Assembly: GCA_964646815.1 (NCBI GenBank)
Contig: CAZYFH010000017.1
Location: 2,624-66,623, forward strand
Source of the DNA: an uncultured Vicinamibacteraceae bacterium
GTDB lineage: Bacteria; Acidobacteriota; Vicinamibacteria; Vicinamibacterales; UBA8438
Direction: 5' to 3'
Length of the DNA: 64,000 bases
In this document: positions 47,147 to 55,997 of the stretch, piece by piece
Position numbering within the stretch: position 1 is the stretch's first letter
How the letters are laid out: each line of letters starts with the position of its first letter
The notes under the pieces: model-generated
The model's database searches: none
What the model saw: the letters and a program-made list of their open reading frames with translations, nothing else
Told to the model about the DNA's origin: nothing
Made by a program: the position numbers and the translations under genes

Positions 47147-47668
47147 ATGACCACGGTGCGGCGGTCGCTGGTCGTCGTGCTGTCGGCGGCCGTCTCGCTG
47201 TCGGCCCAGACCCCGAATTTCTCGGGTTACTGGACGCTAGACCGCGACGCCAGTCAGATCACGCCGCCGGCGTTCAGCGGCGGCCGGGGCGGCGCCGCGA
47301 TCGATCGACTCTTCGTCACCCATGCGGTCAACGGCACGCTGGTAATCGGCACGGAAACCAACGGGCTCAAAGCATGGTCCTACACGCCCGGCCGAGAGCG
47401 CACGATCCCCGTGGGGCGCGATACGACCATGACCGCGCGGTCGCGCTGGGACGGCGACCGCCTCGTGGCCGAGGGGCGTCAGGGCGACATGACGATGCGC
47501 GAGGAGTTGGTCCTCAGCTCGGATGGCCAGGTCTTCACGTTCGTGGTGACCACCACGACACCTGACGCCATCACCGTCAATCGGCTGGTCTATAAGAAGG
47601 GTCAGCCGGTTGGCCCATGCGAGACGTGGGCGACGCCCTGCAAGGACTTCACCGACCAACAGCGGTAA
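47147..47668 (+). CDS. Hypothetical secreted protein
   Basis: Trimmed from the track start at 47021 to the ATG at 47147. MTTVRRSLVVVLSAAVSLSAQ is a signal peptide. Beta-rich, no recognised family. Confidence 0.55.
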   Translation: MTTVRRSLVVVLSAAVSLSAQTPNFSGYWTLDRDASQITPPAFSGGRGGAAIDRLFVTHAVNGTLVIGTETNGLKAWSYTPGRERTIPVGRDTTMTARSRWDGDRLVAEGRQGDMTMREELVLSSDGQVFTFVVTTTTPDAITVNRLVYKKGQPVGPCETWATPCKDFTDQQR

Positions 47669-47765
47669 CTCCCGGCGCTCGCAGTCGTGCGCCGACGGCG
47701 CTCTTGTGGCGCGGGCCTTCAGGCGCGCGAGACAAGGCTGACGCCTTGCCTTACGAGTTCCGGTT

Positions 47766-49055
47766 CTATTCCGACAGGTCGATCGCCACGATCTTCTCCC
47801 GGTCACGCGCGTAGAGCGTCGTTCCGACGAGCGTCGGGGCAGTCCACGACCGCGTGTCGAAGAGCGGAGCCGCCGCGAGGATCGTCATGCCGCTCGGCGT
47901 CAGCCGGGCCAGTGTGAGATCGCCGTCCTCCTCGAGCAGCAATGCCTTGCCGTCGGCGTACACCATGCTCGCGCGGCTGAAGCCTCGCTGACGCCAGGCG
48001 GTTTCGCCGGTCGCCACGTGCGTGGCCGTCATGACGGCCGTGGCGCTCTGGCCGCTCGTGCCATATACGAAATCACCGACGCGGACCGGATTGAGAAACG
48101 TGAAACGCAGTCTGGGATCGGACCACAGCTCCTCGGTCCGCGTCGTCTCGCCGTCCCGCGTCAACCTGATCGCCCGGCTGCCGGCAATATAGCCCGACGA
48201 GAGGAACATGACGTTGTCGTCGTCGCTCCAGAGCGGCACTTGAAAGTTGAAATCGTTGCCCGCATCGTGTGGGTGCACCCAGAGGATGGCACCGGTGTCT
48301 GGGTCGAGCCCATGTACCGCCTGCCCGGCGAAGATGACGAGTTGCGTTTGTCCGTCAACGCTGATGAGTCGCGGCGGCGCTTCCGACACGAGGAAACTAC
48401 CGCTCCGCCAGACGACGCCACCGTCCGACTGACGCAGCGCCATGACGGACTGCCCCGGCCCGCCCACCTGGCAAATGATCGTGTCTCTGTACGGCAGGGG
48501 GCTAGCGCCGTAGCCGGACTTGATCATCGAGCGAATCAGCAGCGGTGGCGCCCCAAAGTCGGCGACGAAGTCGCGCGACCACTGCAAATCGCCGGTCGCG
48601 GCGTCGAAGACGTGAAGTTCCTTGTTAGTGCCGATCGTGTAGAGGCGGTCACCAACCAGCAGCGGTGTCGCGTGCGGACCGGCACCCTGGCCGAAGTCCT
48701 GGACATCGGAGGAATAGCTGTATTCCCACCCTGTCGCACCGGTCGCGGGGTCCATCGAGATGACCGTCTCGTCTCCACTCCACGGACCGCTCCCACCCTC
48801 GCCGTACGCCACGCGATACATCGTGAACAATCGGCCGCCACCGGTGATGATCGCCGCGTGTCCCGCACCCAGCGGGCGGCTCCAAATCTGACGCGGCCCG
48901 GACGCGGGCCATCGCTCGGCCAAACCCGTGGCCTCCGACGTGAAGTCGCGATGCGGGCCACCCCATTGCCGCCATTCGAGTCCCGCCTCGCCGTCCTGCG
49001 CAGCGACGACCGCGCCGAGGACCAGCGTGATGAGCGCGAACGCCCACTGTTTCAT
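47766..49055 (-). CDS. Secreted PQQ-like beta-propeller repeat protein
   Basis: Trimmed to the ATG at 49055. Signal MKQWAFALITLVLGAVVAAQ. WRQWGGPHRDF. Blades such as LHVFDAATGDLQW, VHGLDPDTGAILW, TGETAWRQ. Confidence 0.85.
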   Translation of the reverse strand: MKQWAFALITLVLGAVVAAQDGEAGLEWRQWGGPHRDFTSEATGLAERWPASGPRQIWSRPLGAGHAAIITGGGRLFTMYRVAYGEGGSGPWSGDETVISMDPATGATGWEYSYSSDVQDFGQGAGPHATPLLVGDRLYTIGTNKELHVFDAATGDLQWSRDFVADFGAPPLLIRSMIKSGYGASPLPYRDTIICQVGGPGQSVMALRQSDGGVVWRSGSFLVSEAPPRLISVDGQTQLVIFAGQAVHGLDPDTGAILWVHPHDAGNDFNFQVPLWSDDDNVMFLSSGYIAGSRAIRLTRDGETTRTEELWSDPRLRFTFLNPVRVGDFVYGTSGQSATAVMTATHVATGETAWRQRGFSRASMVYADGKALLLEEDGDLTLARLTPSGMTILAAAPLFDTRSWTAPTLVGTTLYARDREKIVAIDLSE

Positions 49056-49095
49056 CGGGCCGATCTTACTCGCAGACGCGGATGTTGAATTCGCC

Positions 49096-49119
49096 GGGCC
49101 GGGCCGGGCCGGGCCGGGG
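49096..49119 (+). repeat. (GGGCC)n tract: five G3-4 runs separated by CC (G-quadruplex-type motif)
   Basis: GGGCCGGGCCGGGCCGGGCCGGGG read directly, 41-64 nt upstream of the start of the minus-strand propeller gene (49055). Confidence 0.6.
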
Positions 49120-49584
49120 CGAGTGCGGTGGAACAGCAGACGCGCACGCTGGCGGCATGGGGTCTCATCCCAGCGCCCGTCGTGAACGCCCCGTGCCGCC
49201 TCCAACATTGTGATGCTCGCACTGACGAACGGCCCTTCTGAAAATCTTGGGGAGTCGTAGCAATCCGCGATCTCGCTACAGACATGCGCGCGATGCTGGT
49301 CCTCGATCTTGTCGTGCTAGGTGAAGAACGCCAGCGATAGGCTGGGGATCCGATCCGCCTTGACCCGCTGCTCGTCGCCGACAACCTTGGACGGCTCGTG
49401 GCCGCCTCCGGCATGACCAGCGACGACTACCAGGCGGACGAGGACTGGTGGCAGTGAGCTCTGAGTCTAGACGCCGACGGCTGCGTTGCTCCTCGGCCAT
49501 TTGGGCCCACCACTCCCCCTCGTCGCGCCTCTTCCTCGACGACCAGACCGGCGCCATCCGCAATCAACCGAAGTGAACTCTGGG

Positions 49585-50943
49585 TTAGTAGTCGGCTGCC
49601 GCAAGTGAAGCGCGAATGATCTCGCGGTCGTTTCGGACGACCACGTGCCGGTTTGCGAAGGCGGGATGGGTCCACAGGACCGCGCGGTCGTTCCACCGGC
49701 CGGTGGCGCCGCCGCGCGTGCGGAGCGTTGGCTCGAGCAACAGGGTGCGGTCCAACTCCGCATACCCTTCGGATGAAAATCGCGCGATGATCAGCTCGCC
49801 GGAATCGTTCATCACGAAGTGGCGTTCGCCATGGCGCACGAAGTAGGCGGTGGCCCAGCGATCCTGCGCGTTCATGTCGTCGGACTGCCACAGCCGTTCC
49901 CCAGTCGTTGCGTCGATGCCGCGAAGCTCACCGTAGCTCCCGATGCCGTAGAGTTGATCGCCAACGATGATCGGCGTCGAGATGATCGAATGCAGCCCGT
50001 CGGTCTGCTGTGGCAACTCGCTCCGGCTCCGCCCCTTCCAAAGCCTGCGCGCCGCCGGCCGGTCCGGATTGAGCACCATCATCATCGACCCGTTGAAGAA
50101 CTGGCTGACGACGAGATAGCGCCCGCTTCGAACCGGCGTTGAGATCGCCAACCCGCCGCCGACAGCGAATTCCTCTTCCCAGTAGACCTCGCCGGTCTGG
50201 GGGTCGAGCGATGTGAGCGCGGTCGCGTGCCAGACGATGAACTGCCTGGTGCCGCCCGCGTCGATGACGATCGGCGACGAATAGCCGGTTTCCGAGGTGC
50301 TCTCGAGGGCACGCCACGCTTCACGGCCGGTCGCCTTGTCGAACGCGACGATTTTCGCGTCAGGCTCGCCGCCGACGACGGCAACCAAGAGGTCGCCTTC
50401 AACGAGTGGTGACTGCGAGATGCCGAAGGCCGGTACCGTGGTGTCGTAATCGACGGCCGTGTCGACCCGCCACACGACCTCACCGGTCGCGGCGTCCATG
50501 CACGACAACATCCCGGCCGCGCCGAACACGTAGACCCGATCGCCGTCCACCGTGGGCGTGGCGCGCGGCCCGTTGGCGAACTTGAAGTGGATGTTGCGAT
50601 AGGCCGCTGGCCACTCCTGGGTCCAGAGCACCGCGCCGGTCTCCTCGTCGAGCGCCAGCAAGCGCTCGGTGCCATCCATCGTGCGGCTGCCCGGCGTTTC
50701 CTCGTAGTCGAGAACGAAGACACGGCCGCTGGCGACCGCTGGACCGGCGAAGCCGCCGCGGACCGGTGTGCGCCACTTCACGGTTAGGCCTGTGTCGGGG
50801 AACCGCTCGACGACACCGGTCTCGGTCCACACCGCGGAACGGCCGATGCCGCGCCACTGCGGCCAGTCCTCGGCCTGCAGGCCGACGCCCATGCAGAGCG
50901 CACCGAAAATAGCTGCCACGTACAGGCGAGTCCTCACAGCCAT
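49585..50943 (-). CDS. Secreted PQQ-like beta-propeller repeat protein
   Basis: Trimmed to the ATG at 50943. Signal MAVRTRLYVAAIFGALCMGVGLQA. DWPQWRGIGRSAVW. Blades LLALDEETGAVLW, LSCMDAATGEVVW, LTSLDPQTGEVYW, LRGIDATTGERLW. Confidence 0.85.
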   Translation of the reverse strand: MAVRTRLYVAAIFGALCMGVGLQAEDWPQWRGIGRSAVWTETGVVERFPDTGLTVKWRTPVRGGFAGPAVASGRVFVLDYEETPGSRTMDGTERLLALDEETGAVLWTQEWPAAYRNIHFKFANGPRATPTVDGDRVYVFGAAGMLSCMDAATGEVVWRVDTAVDYDTTVPAFGISQSPLVEGDLLVAVVGGEPDAKIVAFDKATGREAWRALESTSETGYSSPIVIDAGGTRQFIVWHATALTSLDPQTGEVYWEEEFAVGGGLAISTPVRSGRYLVVSQFFNGSMMMVLNPDRPAARRLWKGRSRSELPQQTDGLHSIISTPIIVGDQLYGIGSYGELRGIDATTGERLWQSDDMNAQDRWATAYFVRHGERHFVMNDSGELIIARFSSEGYAELDRTLLLEPTLRTRGGATGRWNDRAVLWTHPAFANRHVVVRNDREIIRASLAAADY

Positions 50944-51077
50944 GCATCGTGCACCGTTGGTGGCCAGCGGGTCAATCGACCGAGCGGGGCCGCGGCCGGG
51001 CGTCACCAGGGACGACACGCCGACAGTGTGAGACCGGTAGAGCCCGCTCGATAGATACGCGCCGCGCCGCCTACCGG

Positions 51078-51851
51078 TCATGGTAGGAACGGCGCTACGG
51101 GCAACACGGCGACCAACGAGAACGACCAGCGGCTGGCGCTGCCCAGATAGCGCTCGTCGCCGATGGCGTCGCCGGCGCGCGGCAACCCAGTGGCGACGTA
51201 GTCGAGCGAGCCTTCCAACTCAACGTCCTTCAGCCAGTTGCCGTCCGGCAGCCAGTTGAACAGCAGGAACGCGGTGTCGAGCTCGAAGTTGAGCTTATGC
51301 GTGTACGTACTCCTATCCGTCGGCCGTTCGGCGGCGCTCAGCTTGTCGACGATGTCGAAGTGGCTCTCCACCCACCCACCGGTTTGATCACCCGTCAGCC
51401 AATCGAAGTTCATCTCGAACTCGAACTCGATGCCGTTGTCTCGGATCGACGCGACGGCGAGGTCGGCGGCCGGCCGCCCGAACGGGTTCGTGTCACTCTC
51501 CCCGAGCGGCACGAAGATCGTCTCGAGCGTGAAGCCGACACGCGGGATTTCGGTGGGGATTTCGATCGCCAGGATCAGCTCGAAGACGGACTCCGTTTCC
51601 TGCTGGACGGTCGACACGTCGCCGGTCTCGGCGTCCGTAACCTCGACCAGCGCCCGGTTCGCGAGGTTCTCGAACGTCATGGTCGGCTCCACCTTGAGCT
51701 CCGGTGCGCAGAGGAAGAAGCACCGCGGGTCCTCGGCGTCGCCTTGGTCCTTTGCCAGGACAGGGCCGGCCACCAGCACCATCAACACGACGCCGCTGCC
51801 AATCAGGCGCCGCGAGGTCGGTCGCGCGTCTCGGCCCGCTCGATGCGTCAT
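51078..51851 (-). CDS. Hypothetical secreted protein (upstream partner of the 49585..50943 propeller gene)
   Basis: Trimmed to the ATG at 51851. N-terminal TM/signal LIGSGVVLMVLVAGPVLA. Acidic, beta-rich. No family recognised. Confidence 0.6.
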   Translation of the reverse strand: MTHRAGRDARPTSRRLIGSGVVLMVLVAGPVLAKDQGDAEDPRCFFLCAPELKVEPTMTFENLANRALVEVTDAETGDVSTVQQETESVFELILAIEIPTEIPRVGFTLETIFVPLGESDTNPFGRPAADLAVASIRDNGIEFEFEMNFDWLTGDQTGGWVESHFDIVDKLSAAERPTDRSTYTHKLNFELDTAFLLFNWLPDGNWLKDVELEGSLDYVATGLPRAGDAIGDERYLGSASRWSFSLVAVLPVAPFLP

Positions 51852-51885
51852 GATCGTCTGCACCCAGTTATACACTGGTGCTGCC

Positions 51886-53112
51886 GTGGCGAACGAGCGA
51901 AGAGTGATCGGGGCCGGCGTGCTGGTGATCGTAGCGGTCGCCTGCGGCGACCGGCCGGCGCCACCCAGCGTGGCGGATTTCCCGACCGAATTCACCGGCT
52001 CTGGCGTCTGCCGGGACTGTCATCTCGACATCCACGATCGGTGGCAGGACACGCTGATGGCCAACGTGCTGCTGAACCCCCGCGAGCACCCGGACGCCAT
52101 CCTCGGGGATTTCGGCCGCAATGACCCGCTTGTCACGTTCCGTCCCGCAGATGTCGCGTTCACCTATGGCAGCCGATGGAAGCAGCGTTACTTCACGCGT
52201 GTCGGCGACGACCTCTTTGTCTTTCCCGCCCAGTGGGACGTGCGCAACGGGAGTTGGCGTCGCTACGGTGCACGGCCGGGCACCGAGTGGTGGGTCGAGC
52301 ACTACCCCGATGACCAGATGCAGCGCCCGACCGGCCCGCTGTGCGACGGGTGCCACTCGGTCAACTACGACGTTCGGACGAAGACAGTCACCGAGTGGAA
52401 CGTCGGGTGCGAGGCGTGTCACGGCGCCGGACGGGAACACGTCCTCGACCCGGTAGCCGACACAATCGTCAACCCGGCTCGGCTCGACGACGTCAGGGCG
52501 AACGACGTCTGCATTCAGTGCCACTCGCAGGGCGTACCGGTCGACAACCCGATCGCCGGGCGCTATTTCGACTGGCCAGTGGGGTTCCGACCGGGCGATC
52601 GACTCAGCGATGTCTGGGAACTCGACGGTCCGCATCTCGGCGAGGAGACGTTCACGCACTGGCCGGAAGGATCGGCGCACAAGAACCGGATGCAGGGCAA
52701 CGACTACGTGCAAAGCCAGATGTACGTCAAGGGTGTTCGCTGCTACGCATGTCACGACGTGCATGGCACCGAGCACCCAGGCGATCTGATCGCGCCGGCG
52801 GACGAGCTGTGTCTCTCGTGCCACACGTCGCAGCTTCAGCCCGGGCCGCGAGGGTCGATTGAATACCACACGCGTCACGAGGCCGGCACGGCGGGCAGCT
52901 CCTGCATCGCGTGTCATATGCCAGAAATTGCCCGTACCGTCGGCGACGTCAACGTGCGCAGCCATACGTTCCGGTTCATCTCGCCGGCCGACACCGAACG
53001 CTACGGCGTCCCCAACCCCTGCACCTCGTGCCACACGGAGGAAACCGATGCGTGGGCGCTCGACGAGCTTCGGACCTGGCCGCACGTCTCGCCATGGCGG
53101 GTTGCGCCGTAG
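51886..53112 (+). CDS. Octahaem c-type cytochrome lipoprotein
   Basis: Eight CxxCH motifs: CRDCH, CDGCH, CEACH, CIQCH, CYACH, CLSCH, CIACH, CTSCH. N-terminus VANERRVIGAGVLVIVAVACGD has a lipobox. GTG at 51886 (alternative GTG at 51904) replaces the track start at 51430, which overlaps the divergent gene. Confidence 0.85.
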   Translation: MANERRVIGAGVLVIVAVACGDRPAPPSVADFPTEFTGSGVCRDCHLDIHDRWQDTLMANVLLNPREHPDAILGDFGRNDPLVTFRPADVAFTYGSRWKQRYFTRVGDDLFVFPAQWDVRNGSWRRYGARPGTEWWVEHYPDDQMQRPTGPLCDGCHSVNYDVRTKTVTEWNVGCEACHGAGREHVLDPVADTIVNPARLDDVRANDVCIQCHSQGVPVDNPIAGRYFDWPVGFRPGDRLSDVWELDGPHLGEETFTHWPEGSAHKNRMQGNDYVQSQMYVKGVRCYACHDVHGTEHPGDLIAPADELCLSCHTSQLQPGPRGSIEYHTRHEAGTAGSSCIACHMPEIARTVGDVNVRSHTFRFISPADTERYGVPNPCTSCHTEETDAWALDELRTWPHVSPWRVAP

Positions 53113-53152
53113 GTCGTCTGTAGCCCGAGATGAAAGCCGTGCGTTCTCCCCG

Positions 53153-53614
53153 GTGCCTGCGGTGACGGACTGGACGCAGCCGCTTCACCCGCTAATCGTC
53201 CATTTCCCGCTCGGCCTGCTTGTGAGCGCCGCCGCGATTGATGTCGCGTCGCTCGCCACACGGCCACTGTCGGCCGTGCGGCACGTCGCCACCGGCCTGT
53301 ACGTCGCAGGAGCAGTATCGCTCGTCGCGGCCTACTTCAGCGGGCGCGCCGACGCAGACGCGCTACGGGTGCCGGGGATGGCACACGCCATCATCGACGC
53401 CCATTGGACGTGGGCGCTGCGGACGACGCTCTACTTCGGGGTGCTGTCTCTCGTCCGCGCGGCTCTGGCCGTTTCCGGATATGTCGCACCGCGGCGCGTT
53501 TGGATCCCAGTCGTCGCAGGCGGCGTGCTCGGCCTCGCGCTGCTGTTCCAGACGGCCGAGCGCGGCGGCCGGCTCGTTTACGAGCACGGCGTCGGAGTCG
53601 CGGCGCCGCGGTAG
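53153..53614 (+). CDS. DUF2231-family membrane protein
   Basis: ...TDWTQPLHPLIVHFPLGLLVSAAAIDVASL... (HP.(I/L)VHFP signature), four hydrophobic helices, C-terminal GGRLVYEHGVGV. GTG start at 53153 or 53162; the track ORF began inside the cytochrome gene. Confidence 0.7.
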   Translation: MPAVTDWTQPLHPLIVHFPLGLLVSAAAIDVASLATRPLSAVRHVATGLYVAGAVSLVAAYFSGRADADALRVPGMAHAIIDAHWTWALRTTLYFGVLSLVRAALAVSGYVAPRRVWIPVVAGGVLGLALLFQTAERGGRLVYEHGVGVAAPR

Positions 53615-53726
53615 TTCGGGTGCGCCGAGGCGCCCTGGACTTCGAGGAGGCGACTTGTCTACCGGTTTCCCGCCGCAGCGACCGTCCGCGGCGCCGGACC
53701 CGCGCGAGATTGTACGCTACGAGTGC

Positions 53727-54509
53727 ATGGTGTCGAACGCGGACGCGCTCCGCGTGAGTTGCTTCGTCACGGTGTTCGCGACGATGGCGATCTGGGAACT
53801 GCTGTCGTCGACGCGTGCGTTGACCGTGCGCCGAGCACGACGATGGCCGACCAACGTGGCGATGCTGGTGCTCGGCCTAGCGTTGGTACGCGTGGCAATA
53901 CCGCTGACGCTGGCGGAGACCGCGCAGTGGGCCGGGCGCCTCGAGTGGGGTCTGCTGCATGCGATCGACGTGCCGGTGGCCGTGGCCGTGCCGTTGGCCG
54001 TCGTCGTCCTCGACCTCGTGGTGTACGCGCAACACGTCATCTTTCACCGGGTGCCGTTGCTCTGGCGCGTGCATCGGGTACATCACGCTGATACGGACGT
54101 CGACGTGACGACCGGCCTGCGGTTTCACCCGATCGAGCTTCTGCTGTCCGCGGTCATCAAGACGGCCGTGGTCGTGGCGTTGGGCGCCCCCGCGTTGGCT
54201 GTGGTCACCTTTGAGGTGCTCCTCAATGCGACATCGATGGTCACCCATGGCAACGTCGCGCTTCCGCGGTCGCTCGACCTCCTCGTGCGTCGTCTGTTCG
54301 TCACCCCGGACATGCACCGCCTCCACCACTCGGTCGATCCGTTGGACCACGGCTCGAATTTCGGGTTCAGTTTCTCCGTTTGGGACCGGATCTTCGACAC
54401 TTACCGGCGCGACTCGGTGGTGGGAACGATGGCGATGACCCTTGGGCTCGGCTATGACTCGGGGCAGGCCTGCGCGGTCGGCCGGGCTTTGCGGATTCCG
54501 TTCCACTGA
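53727..54509 (+). CDS. Fatty acid hydroxylase / sterol desaturase family membrane protein
   Basis: Trimmed to the ATG at 53727. His boxes YAQHVIFH, HRVHHAD, HRLHHS. Ends NFGFSFSVWDRIFDTY. Confidence 0.85.
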   Translation: MVSNADALRVSCFVTVFATMAIWELLSSTRALTVRRARRWPTNVAMLVLGLALVRVAIPLTLAETAQWAGRLEWGLLHAIDVPVAVAVPLAVVVLDLVVYAQHVIFHRVPLLWRVHRVHHADTDVDVTTGLRFHPIELLLSAVIKTAVVVALGAPALAVVTFEVLLNATSMVTHGNVALPRSLDLLVRRLFVTPDMHRLHHSVDPLDHGSNFGFSFSVWDRIFDTYRRDSVVGTMAMTLGLGYDSGQACAVGRALRIPFH

Positions 54510-54548
54510 CCGCTAACCGCCGCCGTCGGTGCGTCGTTTCGGATCGCG

Positions 54549-55820
54549 ATGAGGGAGGGGGTGACGCGAATGACACGGCGACACATTGCTCTCATGCTCC
54601 TCGGTTGCTGGCCAGGATCGATCATCGCACAGGGCCTCCCGACGGCCACACCCGAATCGGCTGGGCTCTCGAGCGACCGTCTGGCGCGCGCGACGGCCGC
54701 GCTCCAGACGCACGTCGAGGCCGGCGACATCCCGGGCGTCGTGGCCGCCGTCGCGCGGGACGGCCGGCTCGTCTATCTCGCGGCGGTCGGCCATCGCGAC
54801 CTTGAGACGCACAGCCCGATGCGAGCCGATGCGCTGTTTAGGCTCTACTCGATGACCAGACCGATCACGAGCCTGGCGGCGATGATTCTCTGGGAAGAGG
54901 ATCGGTTCGAGCTCGACGACCCGGTCGCGATGTACCTGCCCCAGTTCGAGGGCCAGCGCGTGTTCGTCGACGCCGAGGAGGCGGACTTGGCGCAGACGCG
55001 GGCGCGGCACCGGGAGATAACGGTCGAGCATCTGCTGCTCCACACCTCAGGGCTCGGCAGCCGGAGCTCTGCGATCTACCGCGCTGAGGGCGTGCGACTA
55101 CGGTCGATCACCTTGCCACAGATGGTCGACAACGCTGCGCGCGTGCCGCTGTTCGAAGATCCCGGCACCCGGTGGCGATACGGAATCTCGACGACCATCC
55201 TCGGCCGCCTAGTCGAGATCTGGTCCAGAATGCCGCTCGACGTCTTCATGCAGGAGCGCATCTTCGAGCCGCTCGGCATGACGGACACCGTATTCTGGGT
55301 CGACCCTTCCCGTGCCGATCGGCTCGCCTCGGTCTACCGGCTCTCGCCGGACGGCGATCTCCGACCGCACGCGATCGAGCAGGTGCCGTTCACGGATCCG
55401 CCGGCGCTGATCGAGGGCGGCGTCGGCCTCGTGTCGACGGTGGCGGACTACGTCCGGTTCTCGCAGATGTTCCTGAACGAGGGCGAGCTCGATGGCCGAC
55501 GGGTGCTTCGACCCGAGACGGTCGCGCTGATGACGGTGAACCGTATCCCGGACGCGCTGCAGCCCATCGGCTTCGGCCGCCCCACCCCGGGCCGAGGGTG
55601 GACGCTGGGCTTCTCGGTCGTCATGGATCCCGACGCGTTTCCCTTTCCCGTGAGCGAGGGGACGTTCTGGTGGGACGGCTCAGCGGGCACGCGGTTCTTC
55701 GTCGATCCGGTCCAGAACATGGTGATCGTCATCATGGCGCAGGTCTCACCCGCCGGCGGCAACGGCTTCCGCGAGGCTTTCACGATGCTGGTTGACCAGG
55801 CTATCGACGAGCGCCGCTAA
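54549..55820 (+). CDS. Serine hydrolase, beta-lactamase family, with SxxR in place of SxxK
   Basis: 423 aa. Signal-like MTRRHIALMLLGCWPGSIIAQG. GVVAAVARDGRLVYLAAVG...FRLYSMTRPITSLAAMIL. Alternative start at the internal ATG (54570). Confidence 0.8.
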   Translation: MREGVTRMTRRHIALMLLGCWPGSIIAQGLPTATPESAGLSSDRLARATAALQTHVEAGDIPGVVAAVARDGRLVYLAAVGHRDLETHSPMRADALFRLYSMTRPITSLAAMILWEEDRFELDDPVAMYLPQFEGQRVFVDAEEADLAQTRARHREITVEHLLLHTSGLGSRSSAIYRAEGVRLRSITLPQMVDNAARVPLFEDPGTRWRYGISTTILGRLVEIWSRMPLDVFMQERIFEPLGMTDTVFWVDPSRADRLASVYRLSPDGDLRPHAIEQVPFTDPPALIEGGVGLVSTVADYVRFSQMFLNEGELDGRRVLRPETVALMTVNRIPDALQPIGFGRPTPGRGWTLGFSVVMDPDAFPFPVSEGTFWWDGSAGTRFFVDPVQNMVIVIMAQVSPAGGNGFREAFTMLVDQAIDERR

Positions 55821-55997
55821 CTGCGGGGCACTTGCTGCAGGTTCTGAGCTTAAAGCGCCGGCGGCAACAGGGTACGGTAACCGACCGGGGGCGGTATGGG
55901 GGAGACCCGGCGCTGGAAGACACCCGTAGCCAGACTGCCGCAACGCCGGTAGACTACACTGGACTCCGGTCCGGTTTCGCACGCTGGGAGGAACATC

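Noticed and set aside
49096-49119. The short repeat considered as a CRISPR or minisatellite locus.
   Set aside because: It has only five 5-nt units with no spacers. No CRISPR-like repeat-spacer organisation or cas genes occur anywhere in the window.
51868-53085. 405-aa minus-strand ORF.
   Set aside because: It is antisense to the octahaem cytochrome gene, whose eight CxxCH motifs make the plus frame unambiguous.
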